Shown: one piece after another, positions 1 through 12,962 of the stretch
How the letters are laid out: each line of letters opens with the position of its first letter
Position numbering within the stretch: position 1 is the first letter of the stretch
Origin: Mobula birostris
Lineage: Eukaryota
Direction: 5' to 3'
DNA length: 64,000 bases
Assembly: GCF_030028105.1 (NCBI RefSeq)
Contig: NC_092379.1
Span: 74,325,006-74,389,005, forward strand
Notes under the pieces: generated by a model
The model's input: the letters and a program-made list of their open reading frames with translations, nothing else
What the model was told of the DNA's origin: nothing
Databases searched by the model: none
Made by a program: the position numbers and the translations under genes

Positions 1-517
1 CTGTCCAAGACCTAAAGAAGCTGCAAAATATCGTGAACACGGCGCAGCACATCTCATAAACCCATCTTCCATCCGTGGACTCACTTCACACCGCACGCTA
101 TTGGAGCAGTGCTGCCAGGATAATCAAGGACACAACCCACCCAGCCAACAGACTTTTCGTCCCTCTTCCCTCCGGGAGAAGGTTCAGGAGCTTGAAGTCT
201 CGTACGGCCAGATTTGGGAACAGCTTCTTTCCAACTGTGATAAGACTGCTGAACGGATCCTGACCCGGATCTGGGCCGTACCCTCCAAATATCTGGACCT
301 GCCGCTCGTCTTTTTTGCACTACCTTACTTCCCATTATTCTGTTTTCTATTTATGATATATAATTTAAATTTTTAATATTTACTAATTTTAACTATTTTT
401 AATATTTATAATAATTAATATTTGTAATCCAGGGAGTGTGAAGCGCAGAATCAAATATCGCTGTGATGATTGTATGTTCTAGTACCAATTGTTTGTCGAC
501 AATAAAGTATAAAGTAT
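1..517 (+). mobile_element. Rex1/Babar-type LINE 3' end
   Basis: ORF 75-263 (HPANRLFVPLPSGRRFRSLKSRTARFGNSFFPTVIRLLN) matches the typical Rex1 C-terminus. 3' UTR ends aataaagtataaagta. Confidence 0.8.
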
Positions 518-763
518 TTCAGTGCAAGACAGGGAAGATATCTTCAAATTACAGAATATTTCTGTTGTCTAAAATTAAGGAACAGTAGAGATGTGTTAAG
601 ATTTCATTATTGGTCACCATCTAGTGTAAAAGATGTTGAGGAATGGATTTTCAGGAAAATGACACAGTGTGCAAAATACAAGATGATAATGGGGGATTTC
701 TATTCCCCAAATATGGACCTTGATAACAATAAGGGGCCAGAAAGGGAAGGTGTTTCAGCAGGT

Positions 764-1593
764 AACACACATCAAAGTTGCTGGATATTCCTCCCTTACC
801 ACCATTCAGGGCCCCAAACAGTCCTTCCAGGTGAGGCGACACTTCACCTGTGAGTCGGCTGGGGTGATATACTGCGTCCGGTGCTCCCGATGTGGCCTTC
901 TGTATATTGGCGAGACCCGACGCAGACTGGGAGACAGCTTTGCTGAACACCTACGCTCTGTCCGCCAGAGAAAGCAGGATCTCCCAGTGGCCACACATTT
1001 TAATTCCACATCCCATTCCCATTCTGACATGTCTATCCACGGCCTCCTCTACTGTAAAGATGAAGCCACACTCAGGTTGGAGGAACAACACCTTATATTC
1101 TGTCTGGGTAGCCTCCAACCTGATGGCATGAACATCGACTTCTCTAACTTCCGCTAATGCCCCACCTCCCCCTCGTACCCCATCCGTTATTTATTTATAT
1201 ACACACATTCTTTCTCTCACTCTCCTTTTTCTCCCTCTGTACCTCTGACTATACCCCTTGCCCATCCTCTGGGTTCCCCCCCCCCCCGCCCACTTGTCTT
1301 TCTTCCTGGACCTCCTGTCCCATGATCCTCTCATATCCCTTTTGCCTATCACCTGTCCAGCTCTTGGCTCCATCCCTCCCCCTCCTGTCTTCTCCTATCA
1401 TTTTGGATCTCCCCCTCCCCCTCCCACTTTCAAATCTCTTACTAACTCTTCTTTCAGTTTGTCCTGACGAAGGGTCTCAGCCTGAAATGTCGACTGTACC
1501 TCTTCCTAGAGATGCTGCCTGACCTGCTGCGTTCACCAGCAACTTTGATGTGTGTTGCTTGAATTTCCAGCATCTGCAGAATTCCTGTTGTTT
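764..1593 (+). mobile_element. Penelope-like retroelement, 5'-truncated (GIY-YIG endonuclease + pLTR)
   Basis: GVIYCVRCSRCGLLYIGETRRRLGDSFAEH...GSLQPDGMN. 21-bp perfect inverted repeat 764-784 / 1536-1556. Flanking duplication GTGTTTCAG(C/T)AGGT at 750-763 and 1594-1607. Confidence 0.9.
1461..1494 (+). ncRNA. Minimal type I hammerhead ribozyme motif in the Penelope pLTR
   Basis: GTC-CTGACGA-(AGGGTCTCAGCCT)-GAAA-TG-TC^-GAC: both core boxes, 3-bp stem I, GUC cleavage triplet. Confidence 0.75.
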
Positions 1594-2714
1594 GTGTTTC
1601 AGTAGGTCTTGGTTGTGGGAATTAGGTCAGGTCAAATGGAGGAAGTGTCAGTGGTGAGCATCCAGGAAACCTATATCAATGATCAACCTACGTAAAGTTC
1701 AAAATAGCAATGGAAAAGAATGCAGAACACTCCAACTGGAAAAGAGCCATTTACATTTGGATGTGATAGATCTGGCCTGGATAAATTGAATTAAAGCTTG
1801 GCAGGGAAAAGTAAAACCTTGAAGTTCAGCTGTACTGTATGCACATTCCCACAACAGAATTAAAACCAGAGCAAGATCATAAATGTAGACGATAAAATAG
1901 TAGAATTACATGAGAACATATGACAGCTGCTGAGTTTATAGAGATGTGAACCAGGTTGCTTACATGTGTTCAGAGTAATAATAAATAATAAAGTTATGAG
2001 AGACAGAAGTGAGCATGACCAAAGGTGACAGCAAATGTAAAATGGAAACGGAATCAGACAGTTTTTTGGAGGAGTAGGCAAAGGCAGAGATTGAGGCTGA
2101 GGATAATAAGTGGAGACACAGGAGGTGTGAGAGCTGGAAATACAAGTGGGAGAAATCCGAAGTACCCAAAGAAATCCCCACGGTTACCACAAACATGCAA
2201 ACCACACAGAGGTCAAGATTGAAAGTGGTGTTATGAGACAAAGGCTTTCATGAGAAAACTGCAAATAACAAGAAAGGGTTCTTGAGTAAATTGTTGTGCC
2301 TCTAGGTACTAATGAATTTAATGCCGGAGTTGTACAAGCAATGTCTGGTGCCTGATAGTTGCTTTAATTTTCCAAAATTCCTTAGGTTTGGGAAAGGGTT
2401 CATCAGAGTGGCAAGTAACAAATTTCATTTATTCAAATGCGACAGAGAGGGGAAACAAAGCAGGAACCTCAAGGCCAGTCAGCTTACTGTCCATCATGGG
2501 AAAGCATCATTAAATGTGTTATAGGATGCCACTTAGAAAGTAATGAGGCAAAGTCAACATAGTTTTGTGATTAGAAATGTTCAACAAATTAATTGGAATT
2601 CTTTGAAGAAGTATTGTAGATAAATGAGAATGACATTTGTACAGTATCAGAAGTCATTTTTATAAGGTGCTGCATCCAAGGTTCTCATAAAACTTAGAAT
2701 CTCATGGTTTAGGA

Positions 2715-4190
2715 CAGGGGTAGGCAATCTACAGCCCGCAGGCCAGATCCGGCCCGCGAAGGTATTTTGATCGGCCTGCAAGCAAATATTGAGGTACTAT
2801 GCTTATCTGGCCCGTGAGCGATTTTTCCTTATTCTGAGTGTTTCACGCGACCACACTGATGGGCATACATGGCGTCTTGTTATACTGGCCTCAGGTTCCG
2901 TTTAGTTCCAAACCAAGCACTGGTATACTGTATACGAATGACAGGAAGGCAGACTACCTTATTAATATGTATTAGATACTTCCCGTGCACACGCAGGTTT
3001 TCAGATGGGATTGTTGCCCATTCACATTTGTAAACAGAAACAGCGTCACTGTGTTTTAACAAGAAATCCACGCTAAAAATCCAGATATTTACGTGTGCTA
3101 TGACACTTGTTGAATAACTGATGTTTCGAAATAAAATTGAAGAAAAAAATTCCAATGGCAATGAATGCGAAACACAGGAAGGTAGACACCGAGTGCCGCA
3201 ATTTCCAAGACACTTGGACATTAGATTACCTCTTCATCAAGCAAGCTGAGAAACCATTTTGTCTCATTTGCCTAGAAAATGTTGCTGTGAAGAAGGTGGC
3301 AAATATCAGGCGACATTACGAGACCCGCCATAGTGGAAATTTTAACAAGTTTACTCGGCAAGCAAGGAAAGATGAAGCTGAGCGAATGAAGGCTAGTTTC
3401 AGAAAACAAATGTCATTTTTTGCCAAGAAAAGCAGTGAAAATGAAGGAAATACCCAGGCCAGCTGCGAAGTCTCAAAACGTGGACACTGCGTCAGAAATT
3501 TTTCAAATGGAATTGACTGAGATGCAGTGTGATGACATATTGAGATCAAAATTTCATTCTGAAGATGTGTCAGTGCTTGACTTCTATAGAAAATATATTC
3601 ATCCAAGTGGGAAGTATCCTAACCTGGTGGACCATGCAAAAAAGATGGCATCATTGTTTGCACTTATCTGTGTGAGCAATTATTTTCAAAAATGAAGCAC
3701 ACCAAGAACCATTTGAGAACAAGACTGACTGATGCTCATCTGGATAATGTCTTGCTCTTGGCATCAACGAGTCTGACACCCAATATTGAGAAGCTTTCAA
3801 GCAATAAACAGCATTAAGTTTCACATTGATTTATCGACTGTTTGTATTAAAATTTTCTTTTTTATTATACTTAATTTACCACCATTCAATGCATCATGTT
3901 CATATGTTTTCTGTTGAAAGATTCTTTGTGTCCTTTTAATAGATTCAAAAGGTGCCTTGATTGAAATAAATTGCAACTAAACTGAGTTCTTTGATTACTA
4001 ATTCGCATCCTTGGTTAAGCACAAATGATTTTCTAGCATGCGTTATTCATTAATTTGTGGCAAAACATAACTAGATGTATTTAAATGGATAATTCCCATA
4101 TTTCAAGTTTTTTATAGCATTTATCTGGCCCACCATCCGCTCATTAATACGTGATCCGGCCCACAGAGGCAAAAAGGTTGCCGACCCCTG
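2715..4190 (+). mobile_element. hAT (Charlie/SPIN/GTF2IRD2-like) DNA transposon, internally deleted
   Basis: TIRs CAGGGGTAGGCAATCT / AGGTTGCCGACCCCTG. Perfect 8-bp TSD GTTTAGGA (2707-14, 4191-98). Transposase N-terminal zinc finger (CLIC...RRHYETRH) joined to the C-terminal dimerisation region (~3490-3817). Confidence 0.93.
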
Positions 4191-4416
4191 GTTTAGGAGG
4201 TAGCACTTTGTGTAGGAGGTTGACTATCAACAAGCTCTTTACTAGTTGGTATGATGTAACAAATGCTTTGTTGCAGGAATTGGATCTGGCATCTAAACCT
4301 TTTACATCATGTAAATTGTCTGGACAAAGGCACTAGGAATAGTTAATAAATATGCCAAGGACACAAATATAGATAAACTGAAAGTAAGAAAAGGGTGATG
4401 GCAAAAATCCGAGCAT

Positions 4417-4895
4417 ATTAGACCATAGACCATAAGATTTAGGAGCAGAAATGGGCCATTTGGCTCATCGAGTCTGCTCCGCCATTCATTCATGGGCTGA
4501 TCCACTTCATCCAGTCATCCCCACTCCCCTGCCTTCACCCTTTGGTGCCCTGGCTAATCAAGAACCTATCTATCTCTGCCTTTAATACACCCAATGACTT
4601 GGCCTCCACAGCCACTCGTGGCAACAAATTCCACAGATTTACCACCCTCTGATTAAAGTAATTTCTCTGTATCTCAGTTCTAAAAGGATGTCCTTCAATC
4701 CTGAAGTCGTGCCCTCTTGTCCTAGAATCCACTACCATGGCAAATAACTTTGCCATATCTAATCTGTTCAGGCCTTTTAACATTTGGAATGTTTCTATGA
4801 GATCCCCCCTCTTTCTCCTGAACTCCATGGAATACAGCCCAAGAGCTGCCAGGCATTTCTCATAGGGTAGCACTCGCATTCCTGGAATCATTCTT
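4417..4895 (-). mobile_element. CR1 LINE 3' end
   Basis: ORF 4535-4891 (LGLYSMEFRRKRGDLIETFQ...RTRGH...QRVVNLWN) plus a (tatggtc)n tail. Confidence 0.88.
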
Positions 4896-5443
4896 GCTTA
4901 CAGTGTGGGAAAGATGTTTATTTTGGCAAGATAATTACAAAAACAGCATAATGTAAGTGGCAAGAGATTGCAAAGTTCAGATCTAAGATGCAGAGTTATG
5001 TGAAGTATCCAAAGGGGCAATTTGAAAAGAGCTAGTATGGAGGTACAGTAAGTAATTAGGACAGCTAATAGAATCTTACTGTTTGTGGCTAGGAGAATTC
5101 AGTGGAAACTTTACTGGTGAGACAGCTTCTACAAATGTGTGTATAGTATTAGTCTCCTTATTTAGGAAAGTATGTTAATATATTGGGAGTAATTTAGAAA
5201 AGGGTTTGAGAATAGACAATTTGAGTTATGAATAAAGGCTCTACCATTTAAGCTTCTGATGCTCCCCCTCTTAGACACCTCTTTCTGGACTTTTACCCTC
5301 TCTTGCCCTCTTATTTTCTGGTTGCCAATGTGATGGCAGCCACCTTGACGCCTCCATTCCTCGCATCATCTCCAATCTCACACCAAATGGTTAAGAAATG
5401 GTTTGCTGTTCCATTGGTGGAAGAGAAAACAAGTTCAATTGTA

Positions 5444-7045
5444 CAAACCCCATTTCCAGAAAAGTTGGGATATTTTCCAAAATGCAATAAAAACAAAAAT
5501 CTGTGATATGTTACTTCACGTGAACCTTTATTTAACTGACAAAAGTACAAAGAAAAGATTTTCAATAGTTTTACTGACCAACTTAATTGTATTTTGTAAA
5601 TATACACAAATTTAGAATTTGATGGCTACAACACACTCAACAAAAATTGGAACAGTGTTAAAATAAGATTGAAAAGTGCACAGAATATTCAAGTAACACT
5701 GGTTTGGAAGACTCCACATTAAGCAGGTTAATTGGTAGCAGGTGAGGTATCATGACTGGGTATAAAAGTAGCGTCCGTCAAAGGCTCAGTCTTTGCAAGC
5801 AAGGAGGGGTCGTGGCTCACCCCTTTGTGCCAAAATTCGTGAGAGAATTGTTAGTCAGTTCAAAAGGAACATTTCTCAATGCAAGATTGCAGAGAATTTA
5901 GGTCTTTCAACATCTACAGTACATAATATTGTGAAAAGATTCAGAGAATTCAGAGCCATCTCAGTGCGTAAAGGGCAAGGTTGGAAACCACTGTTGAATG
6001 TGCCTGATCTTCGAGCCCTCAGGCGGCACTGCCTAAGAAACAGTCATGCTACTGTGACAATTATAGCCATTTGAGCTCGGGAGTAGTTTGGAAAACTATC
6101 GTCACTCAACACAGTCCGTCACTGCATCCAGGAATGCAACTTGAAACTGTATTACTCAAGGAGGAAACCATACATCAACTCTATGCAGAAACGCCTGCCA
6201 GTTCTCTGTGCCCAGGCTCATCTCAGATGGACTGAAAGACTGTAGAACAGTGTGCTGTGGTCAGATGAGTCCGCATTTCAGCTAGTTTTCGGAAAAAATG
6301 GGCGTCGAGTTCTCCGTGCCAAAGATGAACACGACCATCCAGATTATTATCAGCGAAAGGTGTAAAAGCCAGCATCTGTGATCGTATGGGGGTGCATCAG
6401 TGCCCACGGCATGGGTGAGTTGCATGTATGTGAAGGTACCATTGACTCTGAGGCGTATATTAGGATTTTAGAGACATATGTTGCCATCAAGGCGACGTCT
6501 CTTCCCGGGACGTCCATGCTTATTTCAGCAGGACAATGCCAGACCACATTCTGCACGGGCTACAACAGCATGGCTTTGTAGACACAGAGTGCGTGTGCTT
6601 GACTGGCCTGCTGCCAGTCCAGATCTATCTCCTATTGAAAATGTATGGCGCATCATGAAGAGGAGAATCAGACAACGGAGACCACGGACTGTTGAGCAGC
6701 TGAAGTCTTATATCAAGCAAGATTGGACAAAATTTCCCGTAGCAAATCTACTACAATTAGTATCCTCAGTTCCAAAACGAATAAAAAGTGTTATTAAAAG
6801 GAAAGGTGATGTAACACAACGGTAGACATGCCTCTGTCCCAACTTTTGTTGAGTGTGTTGCAGCCATCAAATTCTAAATTTGTGTATGTTTACAAAATAC
6901 AATTAAGTTGGTCAGTGAAACTATTGAAAATCTTTTCGTTGTACTTTTGTCAGTTAAATAAAGGTTCACGTGAATTAACATTTCACAGATTTTTGTTTTT
7001 ATTGCCTTTTGGAAAATATCCCAACTTTTCTAGAAATGGGATTTG
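5444..7045 (+). mobile_element. Tc1/mariner IR/DR transposon, full length, transposase pseudogenised
   Basis: TA at both ends (5442-43, 7046-47). ~210-bp inverted repeats with inner and outer AAAGTTGGGA direct repeats. TATA box at ~5761. Start codon mutated to AGG (5805), with several stops and a frameshift. Confidence 0.96.
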
Positions 7046-7736
7046 TAGTTTTCAAATGGGAGCTAAGTCAGTATCTGAAAGGGAAAAGAAAGTTACAGGA
7101 TTATAAGTAAAGAACAGGAGAGTGGAATGAGCTAAGTTGCTGTTGCATAGGATCAATATTGACTAGATTAGCTAAATGGGCTCCCGCCATGCTGTAACCA
7201 ATTTGTAAAGATTCCCAACAGAGCATTACCTGAAAGAGAATTGTGTTTGCTGCAAAATAGACCTAAAAGAAAATGCACCTTAAAATTTCCTGTGAGAAGC
7301 AGTTAGCTTTGATTCTTTTTGATTGTATGCATGATTACCATCAAGTTACTTTGGGAAATCTAATATAAGATCATCCTCCTTTATGTTCCTCTGGGCCCAT
7401 TTGTAAAATCAAGTCATGCCACAGCAATATACCACTGGGTTTGTGGTAGAACAACAATACTTTTACTTGCTCTGGGAGTTTAATTATTTCACTCGGTTTG
7501 GTTCCCATTATTCAGGATAATTAAAAATAATCTTATTTTTAATTTATTTTTTATCGGTCAACTCCATCCAAATTATTACCAAGTACTTGTAATATTTAAA
7601 TCCTTATAATGCTTTAAAATACCTCCTTAATCAGTTCATGGGCCTTGAATGTTCAATGTTGTTGAAGGATTTCTTTGTTTTTTCTCTTTTTTGATTGTAG
7701 CCACAGCTGATTTTTTAAAATTTCATTTTATAATAG

Positions 7737-7875
7737 GTTGCTCAGCAAATGGATTTCCCAGCTGCACTAATAGACGATGCTGCTGACATTATTGTACGTT
7801 TGTATGAACTGTTTTTGAAATATGATGCTACTTTAATTGAAATAAACCCAATGGTGGAAGACTCATCGGGCATGG
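7737..7875 (+). CDS. SUCLA2: Succinate-CoA ligase ADP-forming beta subunit, exon equivalent to human exon 6 (139 bp)
   Basis: AG at 7735-36, GT at 7876. Translates [46 protein letters not shown]. Phase 0 to 1. Not in the ORF track. Confidence 0.97.
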
Positions 7876-8223
7876 GTAAGGTAACCCTTAACATTCTGTC
7901 TTCTGGAATTCACTCACATTAAAGTACTTTCAAAGGTGCTTACTAAAAAAGCAGATTCATAAAAGTAATTGAACTGTTAAGAGTTAAATTTCTGCTTCAG
8001 TGTTTTTGGAATTATTAATTGTTAAGTAAAACAGAACTCTACATTTAATTTATTAGCTGATTATTTAATTCTAACTCTTTTTTCAGATTTTATGTAAGGA
8101 TTTTGGTAGACCAGAAAGCATAATTTAGTAAGGAAGTGAAAGACTCTCAGCAATTAACTGTCCTATCTGCCACTGAGTTTTTTTAGAAATTTTATATGCA
8201 AATCACAGATTCATTCCTCAATA

Positions 8224-8451
8224 GCAACACACACAAAATGCCGGAGGAACTCGGCAGGCCAGGCAGCATCAATGGAAAGGAGTAAACAGTTGAAGTATCA
8301 GGTCGAGACCCTTCAGCAGTCCTGATGAAGGGTCTCGGCCTGAAATATCAACTGATTACTCTTCTTCGTAGATGCTGCCTGGCTTGCTGAGTTCCTCCAG
8401 CATTTTGTGTGGTTGCTTGGATTTCCAGTATCTGCAAATTTTCTCTTGCTT
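8224..8451. mobile_element. Fold-back Penelope pLTR insertion (two inverted hammerhead-bearing arms)
   Basis: 8224-8319 is the reverse complement of ~8322-8416. CTGATGA..GAAA motif at 8322-8345. Flanking duplication ATTCCTC(A/T)ATA at 8213-23 and 8452-62. Confidence 0.82.
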
Positions 8452-10653
8452 ATTCCTCTATATGCTTCTTGTTACAATCCATTGATTGGAATAAAAGTTT
8501 TCTGATCTTGGTCATCTGACTATTGTTTGAGAATCTGCAAATTTCATGTATTTTTGTCCATTTTCTAACCTTTATGTTTTAATTTGATCATTATTGCTTT
8601 TAAATTTTCTTTGAACTTAGGGTTAGTAAGCTTAAAATGCTGCTTACACCCGGCAGCACAGACAGGATCTGAATAGAGAGAATAAATTGATATCTCAGGT
8701 GAACATCCTTGTACAACAAACTCACAAGCTACCACAACTACTTGACTACATTTCTTCTCACCCTATTTCCTGTAAGGGCTGTATTCTGTTCCCACAGATT
8801 CTGTTATATCTTTTCTGACTGCTTCAGGTTTGAAACTGGTCTTCTTTCTACCTCATCCTTGAACAAAAAAGTAAACTGATGCAGAAAGTCAGCAGATGGA
8901 GCCAGGTGGTGAGATTCATTTGAGCGAGGGTATAGGAAAATAGGTGACCCAGTGGGTTAAGTGTGTGGGTGTCAGACAAACAGAACTGGTTCGATGACTG
9001 GGGTGGGATTATTGGAAAAAGAGAGGAGAGAACCTGGGTTGATCAGAAGGATTGAGAAAGGAACATAGAGTATGCATTGCTTACATTTGGAAAATACCAT
9101 AGGTTTATAGACTACCCAGGCAAATTTTGAGGTATTATTGTTGTATCTGTTTCTTCACCCTGTCTGGAGAAGGTCGTAGATGGACAGGCCATTTTGGGAA
9201 GAACAACTGACATGCCATACAATTGGGACTTCTGGCCGTACCACACAGTACACAAATCTCCACAAACCATCAACTATTCTGTGCTTGGCTTGGCGAGTAA
9301 TTTTTATTGATGCATATAGGAACCTGCCTGGGATTTCATGGAAATTTGAGAACACATGCCCTAAAGATTCAATTGTAACAGTATGCTAATCAACCATTCA
9401 GCAACTTGGATGCCTAAATTCCAAAGGGGCTGATCCATCAGGAGTGATCTGGTTTTTAGTTCTATCATTGATATATCCACATCCGTTCTTTTGGCATTTT
9501 ACTAGGCAACTTAAAGGAGGACTAGACCTGCTCTTTATCCTCCAGCCACCCTTGTCACCATTCAGATGAAGCTGCCATTTAGTGTCACTACTAATTTATT
9601 GTTCTACATTTGCAGCTCACTCAGTCAATGCAAATTCAGTGGCCACTTTTGAGAATGTTTCTCCTTGTAAGAGAATTTTATACTAGGGGTCTGTGGTTAA
9701 AAATAAGCAGTCATCCAGTTGAAATAGATCAGGTTTTATTTTGAAGCGCCATGATGCTTTGGAACTTTACCTCGTAGGATAGTGGAAGCTAAATATCGAA
9801 TACTTTTAAGGCAGATGTAAATAGATCTAGAAAAATGAGGAGGTGAAAGATTATTGGAAATAGGTAGGAAGACAGATTTGAGGTTAGTCAGATCACTGAA
9901 TGGTAGTACAGGTACGGCCTCTAGGGGTTCACTGCTGCTAATTTGATGCTCCAGCCTGGAATTCAGCAAGTTTTATCTTTATACCTTACACTTCAAATAC
10001 AGAGGTTTTTTTCAGCTATTTATTCATCTTCTTGAAACAACATGTCAACTCCAGCTTGTTATTCATTAATGCTTTATCATCAGATTTCACTTTGTTCCAT
10101 TAATACCTTTGACAGTTAATCTCTCCTGCCTGCCATCTTGTCAGATACTTAATGTAATCTCCACTTTTTCTGATCTTTATAAGCTTGTTTACTCGAAACT
10201 TTTCCTCAGTTCTGACATGAGCATTGAACATAAAACTTTAATTCAAGTCCAAGTTTGATTGTCATTCAACCATATACATGAGTACAGCCAAACAAAACAG
10301 AGTTCCTATGGGGCCACGGTGCAAAATATGGAACAGCACATTTAGCATAAATAATTATAACAGAAAAAAATACAGTTACAAAAAAACAAAATTAAAAAGT
10401 AATAATAGTGTCCTGGCCTGTAGATTGATGGTGCATAGATGTTGTCCTGGAGCCACTTTCTGCAAGAACAGCCACAGAGCTTCCTCTTACCATGCAATGC
10501 AGATGAAGACAATCCAGCTTGTCTCCCATTGAACTTTGTTCCTCTCTGTACTTATTCTGACCTGAATATTTACTACCTTTTCTGATTTATTACAAGCCTT
10601 CAGCATGTACATTTTACTTTTCGATTAGTAAATTTTTTTGGTCTGTTTTTCAG

Positions 10654-10815
10654 TCATGTGCATGGATGCAAAAATTACTTTTGATTCTAATGCTGCATAT
10701 CGCCAAAAACAAATCTTCGAGTTGCAAGACTGGAGCCAAGAAGATGAAAGAGATCAGGAAGCAGCGAAGGCGGACCTGAACTACATTGGACTAGATGGCA
10801 ACATTGGCTGCTTGG
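10654..10815 (+). CDS. SUCLA2: SUCLA2 exon 7 equivalent (162 bp)
   Basis: ttttcag|TC...TTGG|gtagg. (V)[53 protein letters not shown]. The FDSN motif is SUCLA2-type (SUCLG2 has FDDN). Confidence 0.98.
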
Positions 10816-11318
10816 GTAGGAAAGAATGCGGTTAGAAAAAGAAGTGATTCAGATAATTAAGAGATTATATCAGCTTGCTTCAAGTTGTTTTCTTTTATCA
10901 TTCCTTCTCCTCTCTTACAGTAATTTTTAATATGCCACTCATTGAAAGATGACTTTTAAAGGTATCCAGTAATTTAACAAATTGTTTGTAATGTGTAAGG
11001 CAAGCCTATTATTTATAGACACTACTGAATTGTTTTGTCTACATTGCAGAGTCTCATCTTTTCTTATCCTGTGTCAGAAAGTTTTCCAAAGTTCGGCCGT
11101 ATACTGTTCTAGAATGGGGCATTTGGCTGGCTTTATCTGCTATCACTGTATGTGCCTTTTTTGAACCTGTAATGCCAGTGGCATTGAAGAGTGACAATGG
11201 AGTTCTAAACTGTCCGAAAACAAACTGTTCAACACTGAGCATAAGTTTTGCATGGGATAGCTGCTGTCCTTGGCCTTTAGTACTCAGGCCATTGACACTA
11301 CTGGATATTTTTATTTCT

Positions 11319-11454
11319 ATCATGCAGTAGTTTCATATAAACTAACAAATGGCTAGAAACCATATGTAAACTCTCATCCTAAATTTTAATCATGCAGTAG
11401 TTTCATATAAACTTACAAATGGCTGGAAACCATATGTAAACTCTCAGCCTAATT
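11319..11454. repeat. 70-bp tandem duplication
   Basis: atcatgcagtagtttcatataaact...catatgtaaactctca occurs twice with period 70 and about 3 mismatches. Confidence 0.92.
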
Positions 11455-11796
11455 CAGCATTTTACTCTCTCCTACTAGCTATTTGCATTCTGACCTAACT
11501 TATTTTTGGCACGTAATTTCATGATAACTGCTATTTTTAAAATTTCAAGCATATTTTTTCTTTAAAAAATCTCTTAGTATCACTCTAGCAGTTTGTTGAT
11601 CTATACATTTTTTTGTGAAAGTTCTATCATTTACCCTTTAAACAGCATTTGTAACATTTCTCTACACAAAATGTCTGGTGCCTTTTGTGAATTTTACAAA
11701 ACTTGGATCTTTTTCATTCCCAATGTGATTTTGAAAATCAAAATTACTTTTCTATTATCATGCCCCAATACTTGTGCAGGTTGTTAAGTGCTTTAA

Positions 11797-12024
<228 letters not shown>

Positions 12025-12962
12025 TAACATCATAATTGAATATGCCCATGGGTAATGTATTTAATTGTGTTTGGCATCACTAGCTCACTATGATGGCACC
12101 ATTAAGTGGTGACTGTTTGCGTGCAGCTCTGATGGGAACCATGAAATATTCCCATTTAATACTACTATAGCTATAAGTCGCGGTCACAGCCATTGGTACT
12201 TCAGTAAGCAGCATTGCTTTAAAACATTTAAAAAATCTATTGATGTGGCAAACCGATGAACCTCGGACGGTAGAATCAGGTCGCGAGTGCAGTTCCCCTT
12301 TAAGAAAGCAGAAGTGGGGATGCCGCACTGGTTTAAATTGAAGTGCAGAGGCGTTAGACTTCCACTCCCGACTATCCTGCTGGTGAGTGTACAGTCTCTG
12401 GAAAATAAAATTCAAGACCTCAGATTAAGATTGCTGTACCAGAGGGACATCAGGGACTGCTGTGTGCTCTGCTTCACGGAAACATGATTCACACCCACCA
12501 TTTCTTACGCAGCGCTGCAGCTTGATGGCTTCACCATTCTCCGTAAAGGTAGAACAGTTCAGTCTTAAAGGCAGAGAAGGTGGAGAACTGTATGCTTTTT
12601 GATTAACTCATTGTGGTGCACAAATGTAGCGCTTTTGCCTCAGTCCTGCTCATCTGACCTGGATCACCTAGTGGCTAAATGCTGTCCATTTTATCTGCTG
12701 AGGGAGTTTTCTGCCATCATCCTGGTAACAGTGTACACTTTATCTCAGGCCAACATCAGGCAGACACTGGAGGAGCTGAGCAACGTAATCAGCAGGCAAG
12801 AAACTGCGCACTCTGATGTCTTCCATATCATTGCAGGAGAATTCAACTAGGCCAGCTTGACGTAGTCTCTGAACAACTACCACTAACATATCGCCCGTGG
12901 AACCAGAGGAGCCAACACACTTGACCACTGTTATACCACCATCAAGAACACTTAACAAAAAT

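Larger units (their letters stand above)
520..5240 (+). mobile_element. Old degraded CR1 LINE split by younger insertions (Penelope, hAT, inverted CR1 tail)
   Basis: Collinear decayed CR1 ORF2 motifs: IMGDFYSP at ~690, RT-like pieces at 2300-2700 and 4200-4400, C-terminal region at 4900-5240. Confidence 0.6.

Noticed and set aside
1-7736. Upstream SUCLA2 exons
   Set aside because: No GGVNIE-type exon 5 sequence found. The 5' part of the gene lies before the window.
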